Origin: Heteronotia binoei
Lineage: Eukaryota
Assembly: GCF_032191835.1 (NCBI RefSeq)
Contig: NC_083230.1
Coordinates: 94,426,001-94,459,000 of the forward strand
Direction: 5' to 3'
Length of the DNA: 33,000 nt
Each line of letters begins with the position of its first letter. The stretch's first letter is position 1. A program made the position numbers and the translations under genes. This document shows positions 9,935 to 21,450 of the stretch, in pieces. The notes under the pieces were generated by a model that searched no databases, was not told the origin of the DNA, and worked only from the letters and a program-made list of their open reading frames with translations.

Positions 9935-11742
9935 CTAGAAAATGGTGAGGCAGAAGAACTGAACAGGAACTTATGGAAATGCTTGTGCGAACTCACAAAG
10001 ATTGGGAATACCCAGGCAGATGACGTGAAGTCGTGTTTAGGAAAGCTATGAAAGAGTGGGTACATTTCAGGTTTTTGTCGTTGTTAAATCAGCATATCAG
10101 ATGCTTCCTGTGTGTTCTCACATAGTCGAACAAAAGCTCCCAAGTCTAGGGAGAGCTCAGAATAGAGTATTTGGTACAAAACCTGGTATATATTTATTAA
10201 CAATGATAAGTAAAGGCTGTGGCAGGTTCAGACTCTACATTGTGATAGCTGCAAGTTATGTGGCAGAAGACATTTTTACATGTGCCAGAAGTGATGCTGC
10301 TGCACTGCTGATGACAACGCTGAGACACTGCTGTAGGCCTCCCCTGGTGTAGGCTAGTAAGTCCTCCCACTGGCCATCTGATGTGGGGCTAGGGGACAGG
10401 GACAGGGGGTGGCAACCCTGCAAATTAGAAACCATATAAAAAGCATCAGACATGGGATCTCAAAGAATGCAGAAAATGGAATTAGAAAAGTAGAACACAA
10501 TGTAGTAAAAGCAGGATAAGTAATTCAAGGAACACGTAACTGATACTATAAACAGTAGCATAGACTACAGTCCTGTTCCATGAATAGTTGTGCTTCTTGT
10601 GGGCACTTAACCAAGAACCATCCATGGTACTTAATTCTGGTGACGGTGATTTTCCTATTGCAGTGGCTCCCAAACATTTTACAAGTGCAAGCTGAAGCTA
10701 GATCTAATTTTCCATATGTACTCTGTGCCGTCAAGCATTGCTGAGGGATGACAGTCCCCGTCCAAAAAATGACACTGTAGTTACTCATGGAAGAGGAGCA
10801 AGGCAGCAATGTGCATTGGCGTAATAAGGGTTAGAAAATAACTGGTTTCCGGAAAATTGCAAAGCACTTCTGAGTGGGGAAGATTTTTGAATCACAGTTA
10901 AAGTTCAGGCACAGAAGCATTTTATATGTACCCAATTCTCCCCTTAGTTACCAAAAGCCGCTGGCTGATTTCTTCTAAATAGTTGTCACTACTGGAAGGT
11001 CTGGGTCTTAACAACAATTTTTAGGTGTCTTTTCTCCTCTCTTTTGACTTTATACCTTCCCTTCCTGTTCGAGGCATCCATAATCCTTCCTGTGTGACAT
11101 CATGGCTGTTTCCGTAGCAACAGATTATGATATTGGAACAAAGGATAATGTCAAACAGGAGGAGGAGATAGGTTACAGTATTTGTGTGTGACGGTGCATA
11201 ATAATGTCCCTGTATCCAAATATATTCCTAGGACAGTCAGTCTGATTTCCTTTCTGTCTCATTTCCCTGTAAGAAAAGCAAAGCACTGTGAGCATCTGTT
11301 TATTGCTGATATCTGTAGGAGGAAGCTGCGTCATGCCAAACCTAATTTAACTCACTTGCAAAGTCAAAGTTGTGTATTATTTATCTGGATTTTTAGTCAT
11401 TTCTAGGAATCCTAAATTAAGGTTCAGGACTCCATTTTATGGAAAGAAGTAACCCAGAAGATGCCCCTCTTTACACTGGGCATAAAACCAATTTCTGGTT
11501 TGTCTCTTCTCGGAAATGCTGCCGAACAAACCTACAAAGCATTTAGGTTTCCACCTGCTCTGTAGCTGTTTGATTCTGGAGCCAGGTCACACATTCCATC
11601 TTTAGGTGTACACTTGAAAACATTTTAGATGTGCATTTAAAATGTATGTGTGACTGTGAATGATGCGTTTTGCAAACGGGTATATTAAAAAGTGCATATA
11701 TCAGGTTGCTGCATTTGGACTGCTCCTCCTTGCTGGCTGTAT

Positions 11743-11874
11743 AGTAGTGGAAAGTGTCTTTAAGTCACAGCTGACTTATAGCAACCACTAGGGTTTGCAA
11801 GGCAAGAGATGAACAGAGGTGGTTTGCCATTGCCTGCTTCCATGTCACAACCCTGATCTTCCTTGGAGGTCTCC
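11743..11874 (-). mobile_element. SINE fragment: end of a 5S-like head plus RTE/BovB-like tail
   Basis: Homologous to 18528-18730 (gtcacagctgacttatagcaacc...caaggcaagagat...ccttggaggtctcc). Confidence 0.7.
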
Positions 11875-12235
11875 AGGCCTCATTTTGGGCAGGAGCTCAC
11901 AGGAGCAGAGCTCTGGGACCTCTACATTTTATTGTGCTCTTTCTTTCTTAACACTCCCCCCCCCCCCGAATACTTGCTTCTGGGTTCCATTGTTCAAACC
12001 TCCTGTGAGAATTTTGCTGACCTCTTTGACAAACTTTCTAATATTTCCCCCCACAAAAAAGGGGGAAATAACCAAAACATATAAAGCAGACAGCTGGAAA
12101 TCTTCCTCATGCCACTGTGGCCATATAGGAGAAAGTTATTTTAAAAGTATGATGGGAGTAAGGTTTATTATGACTATTATAATCCAGGAAGCATTTTAAG
12201 GTGGATGCTGAGCTGATATAATTTAGTACACCTTC

Positions 12236-12326
12236 CAGTGATGTCAGGGGTATGTGGCATATGCAAATGAGTTGTGCAAATGAGTTAGGCTAATGACCTC
12301 CGGCACCTCTTTTTATACAAAATGAC
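12236..12326. mobile_element. hAT-type MITE fragment related to the octamer-bearing family
   Basis: gatgtcaggggtatgtggcatatgcaaatgagtt core, as in 281-470. Confidence 0.6.
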
Positions 12327-12422
12327 TCCTTGAGGTCTCCCATCCAGATACTGACCAGGGCCAACTCTGCTTAACTTCTGCGATCTGATGAGCTTGGGCT
12401 TAGCCTGGCCCATCCAGGCCAC
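12327..12422 (-). mobile_element. 5S rRNA-derived SINE head
   Basis: Reverse complement reads cagatcgcagaagttaagcagagttggccctggtcagtatctggatgggagacc, aligning to the 5S internal control region (GATCTCGGAAGCTAAGCAGGGTCGGGCCTGGTTAGTACTTGGATGGGAGACC). Too diverged to be a 5S gene. Confidence 0.85.
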
Positions 12423-12820
12423 GATCACTGATTGTATACTCAATGGCCAATCTGAGTTTTCATCTGTGTAATGTATGAAGAAGTACTGGTAGTGGTGCAT
12501 TGCTGCTTCCTTTCAGAAATAGGAAAGGGAAAGTGGAGATGTTTTTGATGGGTGAGGGGCAGAGCTTCATTGGAATGATGGGGCATAAGCTGAGCCAAGC
12601 AGTGTCAGCGGAATATGGATCAATAACAAAATACCTTTGTCAGGGCAGTTTAGGCTTTAAATTATATATCTAATATCTAAGTATGGCCCCTGTGTAGATC
12701 AGAAAATCTTCAAAGTGGGGCTAAGGAAGAGATTTCTGCAAGTCGGGAAATTTCCCAAGTTCATGAGAAAAACATAAAGTTTAAAAGGAAAATGAAATAA
12801 TGTACAGAAAACATACCTCT

Positions 12821-13053
12821 CAGTTTGGTGTGGTGGTTAAGAGCAGTGGACTCTAATCTGGAGAACTGAGTTTGATTTCCCGGTCCTCCATAGGAAGCTG
12901 CTGGGTGATCTTGGGCCTGTCACAATTCTCTCAGAGCTCTCTCAGCCCCATTTACCTCACAGGGTGTCTGTTGTAGGGAGAGGAAGGGAAGGAGATTGTA
13001 AGCCGTTCTGAGACTCCAAGTGAAGGGTGGGATATAAACCCTTCTCCTCCTTC
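12821..13053 (+). mobile_element. tRNA-derived SINE (older copy of the 9083-9370 family)
   Basis: cagtttggtgtggtggttaagagc...gagattgtaagccgttctgagac...gggatataaa. Confidence 0.88.
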
Positions 13054-13204
13054 ACCAGATGTTTGGGAAGGGGTCCTAAGCCCCTCATTAAAAGTCAGAG
13101 AAAACACAAACCAAGATTTAAACCTCAGTAATGGTGTTGGAGGTTGCCTAGGCAACTCTAGATGTCAGTTGAGATCTTGTGAGATTTCATTTGGTATTTA
13201 TTCC

Positions 13205-13342
13205 TAGGTTTGTCATCCTCCAGGTGGGACCCAGAGATCTCCTGGAATTACAGCTGATTTTCAAATTACAGAGACCAGTTACCAGGAAATTAGTTGTAAT
13301 AGCAGGAGTTCTCCAGCCACCACCTGGAGGTTGGCAACCCTA
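13205..13342. mobile_element. Short head-to-head palindromic derivative of the TAGGGTTGCCA-TIR MITE
   Basis: The left arm is the family 5' end and the right arm is its reverse complement (...cctggaggttggcaacccta). Confidence 0.7.
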
Positions 13343-14262
13343 GCAGGCAAGGTTGTTGGTGTAGAAAACTCAAAACTAGAAAGGAGGGCTGTGAGATGCC
13401 GGAGACAACAAACACGGGGGAGTACAGGTAGGTAACAGGGTAGATCGGACAGGCAGGAAGATTAGGGGAGTACCAAAGAGTGAGCTGATGGAGGGGGGGG
13501 CGGGGTTGAAGTAAAGTCACCTTGCTTGAGAAGAGCAAAATCAGTCATGGCAGCAAAAGCTAGCTAGTTGGCAACCCTATTTCCAATGGAACAAGTGGTC
13601 AAAACAGCTAATGTGACAAAATCATTTGGATCAAGAAGAATCCTGACTTTCGGTAGTGTCCAGAGGATGGTTTTCTGAATTAGAACAGCTCTGTGGTAAA
13701 TGATAGGATGTTTTGGATAATGTTAATTCATATGGTTGCCTTAAGTCAGAAGCAACCTGATGGCACATAATACACAGACATGACCATGAAATGGAGCTCA
13801 AGACTGGGCTGTACAGATCATGAGGTAGAGTTATGCTGACTGGCTCTCAGCAGTTTCTTCTGGGGCTTCTGTGGGGCTCGGATTTGCTCTCACCTTAATG
13901 GTTTCATTCACTATAGTCTCTTTTAAGTTTGCCTCATAGAAGGGAATTCTTAGCTCTCATTTAAAGTTGTGAGGGTTGGCAATACAGGGTGTCTTTTGGA
14001 GTGGAGAAATCAAAATCCTGTGAATTTTTTAGAAGGCTTGTAATGTTTTTCCTGGAGACAAAGATTTTCTGAAAGGTTTTTCAGGTTTTTCTAGGTTTCT
14101 AGCCAGATTACCAGATACGGTGATAGAGATATGCCTGGACTAACACCCCCCCCCCCCTTAAAAGCATATGGATTGGCATCATAATAGAACATTGGTTTAA
14201 ATCAGCTCCAACTGAGATGTGATAAAAGGTGTCTGTTTTTGTTGTTGATTGTATAGTATTGC

Positions 14263-14425
14263 CAGGGCCTTTTTTTCTGGAAAAAGAGGTGCCAGAACTG
14301 TCAGGAGGGAAATGAAAGAGAAACGTGTGGGTGCCTCTCAGGAACGTTTAAACATTTTTTTGAGAATTTTGTTTCCATGAAGAGGTTCTGAAACTCCATT
14401 CTGCTGCTTCCCCCCTCCCCCCCTG
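14263..14425. mobile_element. hAT-type MITE (CAGGGC end)
   Basis: cagggcctttttttctggaaaaagaggtg...ccctg. Flanks agtattgc / cgtattgg match 6/8. Confidence 0.6.
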
Positions 14426-15117
14426 CGTATTGGGAGTCAGCATAACTTTAGAAGCCATTCTTTGCAATGTTATATTATTGTCAGCAAGCCTTGTATGGCC
14501 TAGTACAACCTCTGGCCAATTTGCCCAAAAAGCTTGCACAAGTTGTCTACCAACACTTAATATCCTCATTTTTTGGGCTGACAATAGGAGCAAAGTATTA
14601 ATCAGATTATTCACACTTTTTTCCTTGGCTGCCAAAATTTGGATGATCTATATTGGGTGCTGTTCTGTTCTTTCCTTAATTCTTCAGGTTGACTGGCCTT
14701 CAACTTGAATAAAGAAATTGATGAGCAAGGCTGTTGGATGAATAGAATGAATGTACAGCAGAGAGAAAGGGATACAAATGTAAATGCTCCTCCTCTTACT
14801 TGATAAGAAGCTAAAAAAGACAAATGAAGTGCTATGAATTAATCACTGAAAGTCCTCAATAGCTTGCCATTTGTTTTCATATCATCCTGGTAATGCCTGA
14901 CAATGCTAACGGTTGAATTCCTGGGATATCTATGTCATCCTCACACACACCAAGTGAATTACTTCTTAGTAAGGCTGCGGCAGTATATGGCACTGATCAT
15001 TTGTTATAGATGACTGGGTTGATGAGTAAAAGATTGCAAATTCTGTTTCACTATGTTACTTACAATATAATTCTGTGGGGGAAGGGAGAGAGGGAGAGAG
15101 ATTTTAAAGGATGGGTT

Positions 15118-15616
15118 CTAAAGTCCAGAGGAGAGCAATGAGGATAGTGAGAGGGGTCTGGAGACCAAGTCCTATGAGGAAAGGTTGAAGGAGCTGGGAA
15201 TGTTTAGCCTGGAGAGGAGTCAACTGAGAGATGAAATGATAACCATCTTTGAGTATTTGAAGGGCTGTGATATAGAGGATGGTGCAGAGTTGTTTTGTGT
15301 TGCCCCAGAAAACCAGACCAAAACCAGCAAGCTGAAATTAAATTAAAATAGTTTTTTTGCTAAACATTAGGAAGAACTTCCTGGCAGTTAGAGTGGTTCC
15401 TCAGTGGAACAGGCTTCCTCAAGAGGTGGTAGGTTCTCCTTCTTTGGAGGTTTTTAAATAGAGGCTAGATGGCCATTTGACAGCAATGCTGATCCTGTGA
15501 ACTTAGGGAGATCATGAGATGGAGAGCAGGGGGAGGTACTTGCAATTTCCCTGCATTGTTCAGGGGGTTGGACTAGATGACCCTGGAGGTTCCTTCCAAC
15601 TCTATGATTCTATGAG
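15118..15616 (+). mobile_element. CR1 LINE 3' end, 5'-truncated
   Basis: Degenerate CR1 ORF2 C-terminus (YEERLKELGMFSLERS-like), CR1 3' UTR (ggttggactagatgacc...ccttccaactc) and terminal attctatg repeat. Confidence 0.92.
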
Positions 15617-16774
15617 ATATTCAGATTATGGAAAGAATAATACAAACTATCATTGTTTTCTCTAGAGTATTTACCACTTTCCCCTCATCCTTTGTTCCTT
15701 GTTCTCTTCTTTGTGGTGTACCTTCTCATTGGTTGATCAAAGGCAAGGTCCTAGAAGGAGGCAGACCTCGTAGACCTGCAAAGGTGGCCTTTTTGGTAGG
15801 GATGACTGGGTTGCTTGTTTTTGTAATAAATATGTCTAAGAACATTGATGGAAGGAGAAAATCAGAATTCTAACAGGAGGCTGTTGACAGGTGCATATGT
15901 AAACCCCCCCCCCCCAAAAAAAAAAACAAAAACAAATGCTAAAGCAGTCCTTTTGAGGAATTCCAGAGGAAGAGAGGAGGTACTGCCCTGGGGAAGAGTC
16001 TCTCCATTTTGCTATTGGAGGAATATTGCTAAAGGCTATGTAGTGCTGTGAGAGATTGGTGTCTTGAGATTGGTATTGTGAGCCAAGCCAGTATTCTTGA
16101 CGGTACCGAGTTAATTACAGGTCTGTATATCCCAGGCTTTGTGCTTGAGAGGAATGACAGAGACCCTCTGGAAGAGAGAATCACAGAATGATTTTAGGCT
16201 ATGTGTTTGTATGGAACCTATATTTCGTTAGTTTCTAAAGCATGAAGGTTCTTACTTGTAAAGGCCTGCCTAGATACGATGTTGGGGTTCTGTGTATAGC
16301 ACACCCTTCTCTGCCCTGGTTTTGATTCAAATGGGGGCCCTGTATGCTTACTATAAAAAAGAAATACAAACATTTGGAAGGTCCATGTATGGAACTCTTA
16401 GAATCTCATCTGCTCCGGTTGTAAGGTTACCTGTTCATCAGGATGCAGCACTCTCAGTAAAAGAAGAGAAGAAACAAAGAAACAAGAACAGTGTTAATCA
16501 TAAAGCCAAGCAGAGCTTCTTCAAATGATGAAACATTCTGTAATAACATCTCATTTCAACAGGCAACTTGGGTACTGTAAGAGCTGATCACAAAAGGAAT
16601 CTGTACTGGGCACAGTCTGCCACCCTAGAAAAAATAATGGAAGTTCTTCTCCATGAAACTCTCTGCACCTCAGCCTAGAAACCTAGCATTTTTGTCTCCT
16701 TAATTTTTCTATGTACAGCATACAGAATCATTTTAAGTTCTGCATCAAGGTGTGGCAGCAGCCATTTTATGTAT

Positions 16775-16936
16775 NNNNNNNNNNNNNNNNNNNNNNNNNN
16801 NNNNNNNNNNNNNNNNNNNNNNNNNNNNNNNNNNNNNNNNNNNNNNNNNNNNNNNNNNNNNNNNNNNNNNNNNNNNNNNNNNNNNNNNNNNNNNNNNNNN
16901 NNNNNNNNNNNNNNNNNNNNNNNNNNNNNNNNNNNN
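16775..16936. other. Assembly gap (162 N)
   Basis: Run of N. Confidence 0.99.
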
Positions 16937-17020
16937 TGACTTCTGGTAATTGATTCCCTGCTGGGGGCCTGGGAGATATTGAGAAAGGTGGCTGAATAAA
17001 GTCTGTCTCTGCCTCCAGAT

Positions 17021-17127
17021 TCTGGTATTCCAAGGAAGTCACTCATTCAAATACTTGCCAGAGTTGACCCTGTTCAACTTTTGAGATCTGACGAAACTGG
17101 GCTTGCCTGGCCTATCCAGGTCAGGGC
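17021..17127 (-). mobile_element. 5S rRNA-derived SINE head, degraded
   Basis: ctggtattccaaggaagtcactcattcaaatact...gagatctgacg...ccaggtcagggc matches 12327-12422 and 18650-18730. Confidence 0.75.
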
Positions 17128-18527
17128 CAGCATACCATATTTTTCAATGTTACCTAACAGAGCAGAAAGTGATGGAAGTGCAGAAACCTTATAGAATTTC
17201 CCCCCCCCCCATAAACACATCAAAGAAGGAAAAGGGTTAATAAATATCATACCTGATTATGCCATCTGGTACATGGATTTGCGGGCATGAGATAAGATCA
17301 CAGGTGAGGATGTTGTCCAGCCCAGCTGTGGAGGCAAATTATAACCAGAACCTGAATAACTCATCAAAACACTGGACACTGCTCAAACTAATGCCAGGCA
17401 CAGCTAAGAGAGCAAGGAAACCTCTCAACAAAATCAAAACTGTACATGCACTTGGCTTGAAGGATTCTAACAGGAACCAGCTGAGACATCCTCAAAGTGG
17501 CAATGAATCTCCCAGATCATAAAAAATGTCCTTGAAGACTGCACCTACAACTGAAAAGGTTTCTGTCCCCTCAGAGGTGATTACTAACTCTGTTTACCTG
17601 AAAGGAAGTCTAGCTTTCACTCCCTACATTTTCTGTCAAGAAAAAGAGCAGGGGGGTGTTTTAAATTCACAGTTATGTACTGTGTGTGTGTGGGGGGGGG
17701 GGGGTTTAAAATAAACTTCTTTCTTTGTAACCTTTCTGAAAGGGGGATCTTTTTACATTCATGTTCTTTTTAAGTAAACACAGTAATTTTCTATAACTGC
17801 GGGGAAAGAAACTGCTCTGCCGGGGTCTGTATTTCACCACAGCTTGCAACACATTTTCTGCAATCCCAAAATCAAGGCAGTGCTCTTCAGATTGCTCCAT
17901 CAGACGGAGTCCACTCAAATTTACACGCTGTATTTGCCAAAAACAATCTGTCTCTTACAAGCAGAATGTTCACCCATGGCACTACATTTTATATATAAAA
18001 ATGGATGTGTTAATTGGCACCAGAGGATCAATGAATATGATGGCTCAGTGTGGCTGTGGTACAATGCTGAAGAAGCTGCCATTACAGAACACTGTGGTGA
18101 GATCATGTACTTATGGAAAACAAGAACCATTGTCTCTGTGTGGCAAGCTCAGTTTGCTTTCTGGGAGATGTATTTGTAAAAAAAAGCCCAGCATATGTGA
18201 TGACCAATGGTACCAACCTACTGTTTACTTACAATAATACACCCAGTGTTTTAGGAATGAAAATGATCCACACTTTACAGCTGGACCTACTGACTCATAC
18301 TCTCCAGGCTTATAAAGAAATGTTTCAAGGAACTGGAAAGCCAAAAAGAACACTTATGAATGCTTACATCGATGAGGCTATTCAGCATGGACCTCTTTCC
18401 ACATCAGAAAGTTTATTAATAGTTGAAACAGATTGCTGAACATAGGTTCAAGGGACCTGTAAGCAATCTTTTAATCTGGTGGCTGACATTGATGCTGGGC
18501 TGTGACTACAAAGTCATCTGTTGATTA

Positions 18528-18730
18528 GAAAGTGGCAAGTGCTGTCAAGTTGCAGCTGATTTATGGTATGGTGACCCTGTTGGTTTTCAAGGCAAGAGAC
18601 ATTCAGAGGTGACTCCCATTGCCATCCTCGCATCACATCCCTGGTATTCCTTGGAGGTCTCCTATCCAGATACTGACCAGGGACAACCCTGCTTAGCTTC
18701 TGAGATCTGACAAGATCCGGCTAGCCTGCT
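18528..18730 (-). mobile_element. SINE with 5S-derived head and RTE/BovB-like tail
   Basis: Minus strand reads cagatctcagaagctaagcagggttgtccctggtcagtatctggataggagacc (5S-like), ending ...cagctgcaacttgacagcac (RTE-type 3' end). Confidence 0.8.
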
Positions 18731-18864
18731 CTCCCAAGTATTATTTCTATTGCAGTTGCTTCTTCTGATAGCAAGTGATGCTTGCTTGCAAGCATAGATG
18801 ACTCACAGTGGTACCTTTCAAAGGTATAGTCTTTGTCTGAAATCTTGAGCCTTCAGCCTCAAAA

Positions 18865-18985
18865 TAGTTTCAGAGGGTAGTTGTGTTAGTCTACAGTGGA
18901 ACAGGTAGATTCAAGTCCAATAGCACTTTAGAAACCAACAAGATTTGAGTGGTATGAGCTTTAGAGATGATGGGAGCTTTGGCTC
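18865..18985 (-). repeat. Degraded Penelope-type terminal repeat fragment
   Basis: gtagttgtgttagtctacagt...gtccaatagcactttagaaaccaacaag resembles 21326-21450. Confidence 0.55.
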
Positions 18986-19556
18986 ATAAGGTTCTAGTGG
19001 ATTTTTTCATAAGGTTCTAGTGGTGATGATGTCACAGCATGCCAGATGTTCATAAGGTTCTAGGGCAGGTTCGTAAGGTTCTAGTGGTGATCATGTCACA
19101 AAGTGCCGGCTGCAGTGACTCTGGCAATCCAGTAGCCTTTCTAGGCAAGGGCATAAATGCATGTGATTGTAAGGGAGTAGGATCATGGCAGCAAACTTCA
19201 CCTCTGATGTATATTTATTGGACTATAATAACAGTGTGCGTGTGTATGGCTTTCTATGTCCCATCTGGCCTACTTTTTCAGAGTTTTCCAGAGTTCCTGG
19301 TCACATAGAGAAAGCTCGATGGGCATATACTTTTACACACATCAGTTGAGCATACAACGGTCAGGTTGAAGTTTGCCACTATTATCCTGCCCTCTCCCAC
19401 GCTTCATATTCATTCTCCTCTTATATTGTCTGTAAAGGACTTCAGTGTTCTGAGACAACCTGTCCTGCAAAGGACCCCACCATCATGGCCCAAGTTGTAT
19501 ACAGGACTGAATTATGTATAGGGATGTTCAAACACCCACCAGTTCTCTTCTCATTT

Positions 19557-20185
19557 TATATATATATTTATTTTATTTATTTTTATTTGATTTGATTTAT
19601 ATCCCACCCTCCCTGCCGAAGCAGGCTCAGGGCAGCTTACAACATAAAATCCCACCAACAATTAAATTAATGAGTATTAAAATTATACATTCAGTAATAA
19701 AATAGGTATACAATGATTAAAACAGTTAAAACAGAAAAACAGAATATTGAGTTGGTGCTATTCTGGTGGCGACGGCCTCCTTCCACTTCTCTTAAATACC
19801 GGTGCTGTCAATTGAATGCCAGTCGGAAGAGGACAGTCTTGCAGGCTCTGCGGAACTGCACAAGGTTCCGCAAGGCCCTCACTTCATCTGGCAGTTGGTT
19901 TCACCAGCAGGGGGCTACAATTGAGAAGGCCCTGTCTCTAGTTGATTTCAATTGGGCCTCCTTCGGCCCGGGGATTACTAATAGATTTTGTGATCCCGAT
20001 CTGAGTACTCTCTGGGGGACATGTGGGGAGAGACGGTCCCTAAGGTAGGCAGGTCCTAGGCCATATAGGGTTTTAAAGATAATAAACAGCACCTTGTAAC
20101 GAATCCGGTATACTATTGGCAGCCAGTGCAGTTCCCGCAGTCCCGGCTGAATGTGCTCATCATGTTCTCTGGTCATGAAAAAAGA
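19557..20185 (-). mobile_element. L2 LINE 3' end (ORF2 C-terminus plus 3' UTR)
   Basis: ORF 19901..20305 contains EHIQPGLRELHWLPIVYRIRYKVLFIIFKTLYGLGPAYLRDRL...RAFSIVAPCW, the characteristic L2 ORF2 C-terminal motif. AT-rich tail. Confidence 0.92.
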
Positions 20186-20399
20186 TTTTTTTTCCTCCAG
20201 CGATCCGTTTGACTGTTTATCAGACAGTTCATGGCTTTTCCGACAGGCAGCTTCACTGTATTGCTTCCTAGAAGTGCAGGACAATGCAGTTGGCTTTTCC
20301 TGCAACCATGGCTGCCATTTCCACTGTTTCTAGGCTTCTGGAGCTTTTATTGTTGTTGTTGTTGTTGTCAGCAAGTGCTACTTTGCTCTAACGTTTTGA

Positions 20400-20543
20400 N
20401 NNNNNNNNNNNNNNNNNNNNNNNNNNNNNNNNNNNNNNNNNNNNNNNNNNNNNNNNNNNNNNNNNNNNNNNNNNNNNNNNNNNNNNNNNNNNNNNNNNNN
20501 NNNNNNNNNNNNNNNNNNNNNNNNNNNNNNNNNNNNNNNNNNN
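20400..20543. other. Assembly gap (144 N)
   Basis: Run of N. Confidence 0.99.
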
Positions 20544-20728
20544 CTGAGTTAGTGTAAGCTAGCTCATAGTTTTTTAGCCTCTGGCTGACACATTTTTGTC
20601 TGTTCAGGAGGGATGGCCCCAAAGCAAACTAATTTATGCAATAGCCAAATTGCTCACACAACTTTAATGCCAGTAGCTCATGAAGCAGAATTCTGCTCAC
20701 AAGACTCCACAACTTAGAGGGAGCATTG
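20544..20728. mobile_element. hAT-type MITE (CAGTGTTCCCTCTAAG-end family), left end in the gap
   Basis: Ends cttagagggagcattg. Inverted homolog of 31698-31869. Confidence 0.8.
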
Positions 20729-21325
20729 GTCTGTACCCCCCATATAACTCTGCAAGGGAAGAAGCTAGAGAGCTATTTTTTAAAATGAAAGTCGCAAGAA
20801 CGATATGGATTTGTTCTCCAGTTTTCTTTATTTTGTTTTATTATCTACAGGAACTTATTCCATATCTCAGTTCATGTTTTGGAGGAATGACAAAACCTAC
20901 CTAGAGAGAAGAGCGGAGGGTATTTTGTGGCCTCATGCCTGGACCTAACTAGTTCTGTTGAAATTGACATTTGGCTTTTTAAACACCAAGCCTTTTATTT
21001 TCAAGGCTCCCTAACCATGAAGAGCCTGTAGGACTGTTCATGCTATTAAAGAGTGACAATGGAGTATGGTGGAAAGATAAGTGTGTAGAATATGGGCTAA
21101 GGCAGCAAGGTAGTAAATAAGGCAGGATGAAGAGGGGGTTATATGAACAGATTTCCAGAGCACTAATGAAAGGTTCTGTGTTAACATCTCCAAGGGTTTC
21201 AGGTTCTTTACAAACCAAAGAGGCATGATTTGTATAAAGTAGCTGACTCTAGGTAAGTTATTCATGTACATCTTTGTGCATCTCCCAAAGACGTCTTCAT
21301 TTCTCGATAGCTTTTCAGAACAGTA

Positions 21326-21450
21326 GATCCAAATGGGCAGCCATGTTGGTCTGAAGCAATAGAACAAAGTGGGAGTCCAGTAGCACCTTTAAGGCCAACA
21401 AACTTTTATTTAAAATGTGAGGTTTTGCGTGTATGCACACTTCTTCATAA
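21326..21450 (-). repeat. Penelope-type terminal repeat with a degenerate hammerhead core
   Basis: Minus strand reads tATGAAGAagtgtgcatacacgcAAAAcctcacatt...ttgttggccttaaaggtgctactggactc...agaccaacatggct. Stem II hairpin gtgtg/acac is visible; core boxes are mutated. Confidence 0.65.

Noticed and set aside
9938-10050. + strand ENGEAEELNRNL / MEML resembling an integrase NGxAERxNRTL motif
   Set aside because: Needs a frameshift, lacks the other integrase residues and has no LTR-element context.
10580-10744. 54-aa + ORF with a signal-peptide-like hydrophobic stretch
   Set aside because: No splice, promoter or homology support. Expected by chance.
12327-12422. 5S rRNA gene or tRNA genes
   Set aside because: The 5S-like and tRNA-like sequences are diverged SINE heads attached to SINE bodies, not functional RNA genes.
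14348-14823. Overlapping ORFs and a strong + acceptor at about 14687
   Set aside because: All three frames stop soon after the acceptor, and no recognisable protein or TE motif is present.
16431-16452. 22-nt minus-strand micro-exon (RVLHPDEQ) after a long pyrimidine tract
   Set aside because: The acceptor would be a rare GAG. There is no other support.
17844-18439. Several + ORFs of 78-111 aa with a gtg|gtgaga donor
   Set aside because: No recognisable homology, inconsistent phases, and ORFs of this length occur by chance at this scale.
18984-19107. CRISPR-like repeat-spacer appearance
   Set aside because: Vertebrate DNA, 14-17-bp repeats, irregular 4-26-bp spacers and no cas genes.
21006-21252. 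+ strand acceptor/donor pair (LPNHEEPVGLFMLLKSDNG...)
   Set aside because: All frames stop before the strong donor at 21253, and no + strand gene is otherwise supported.
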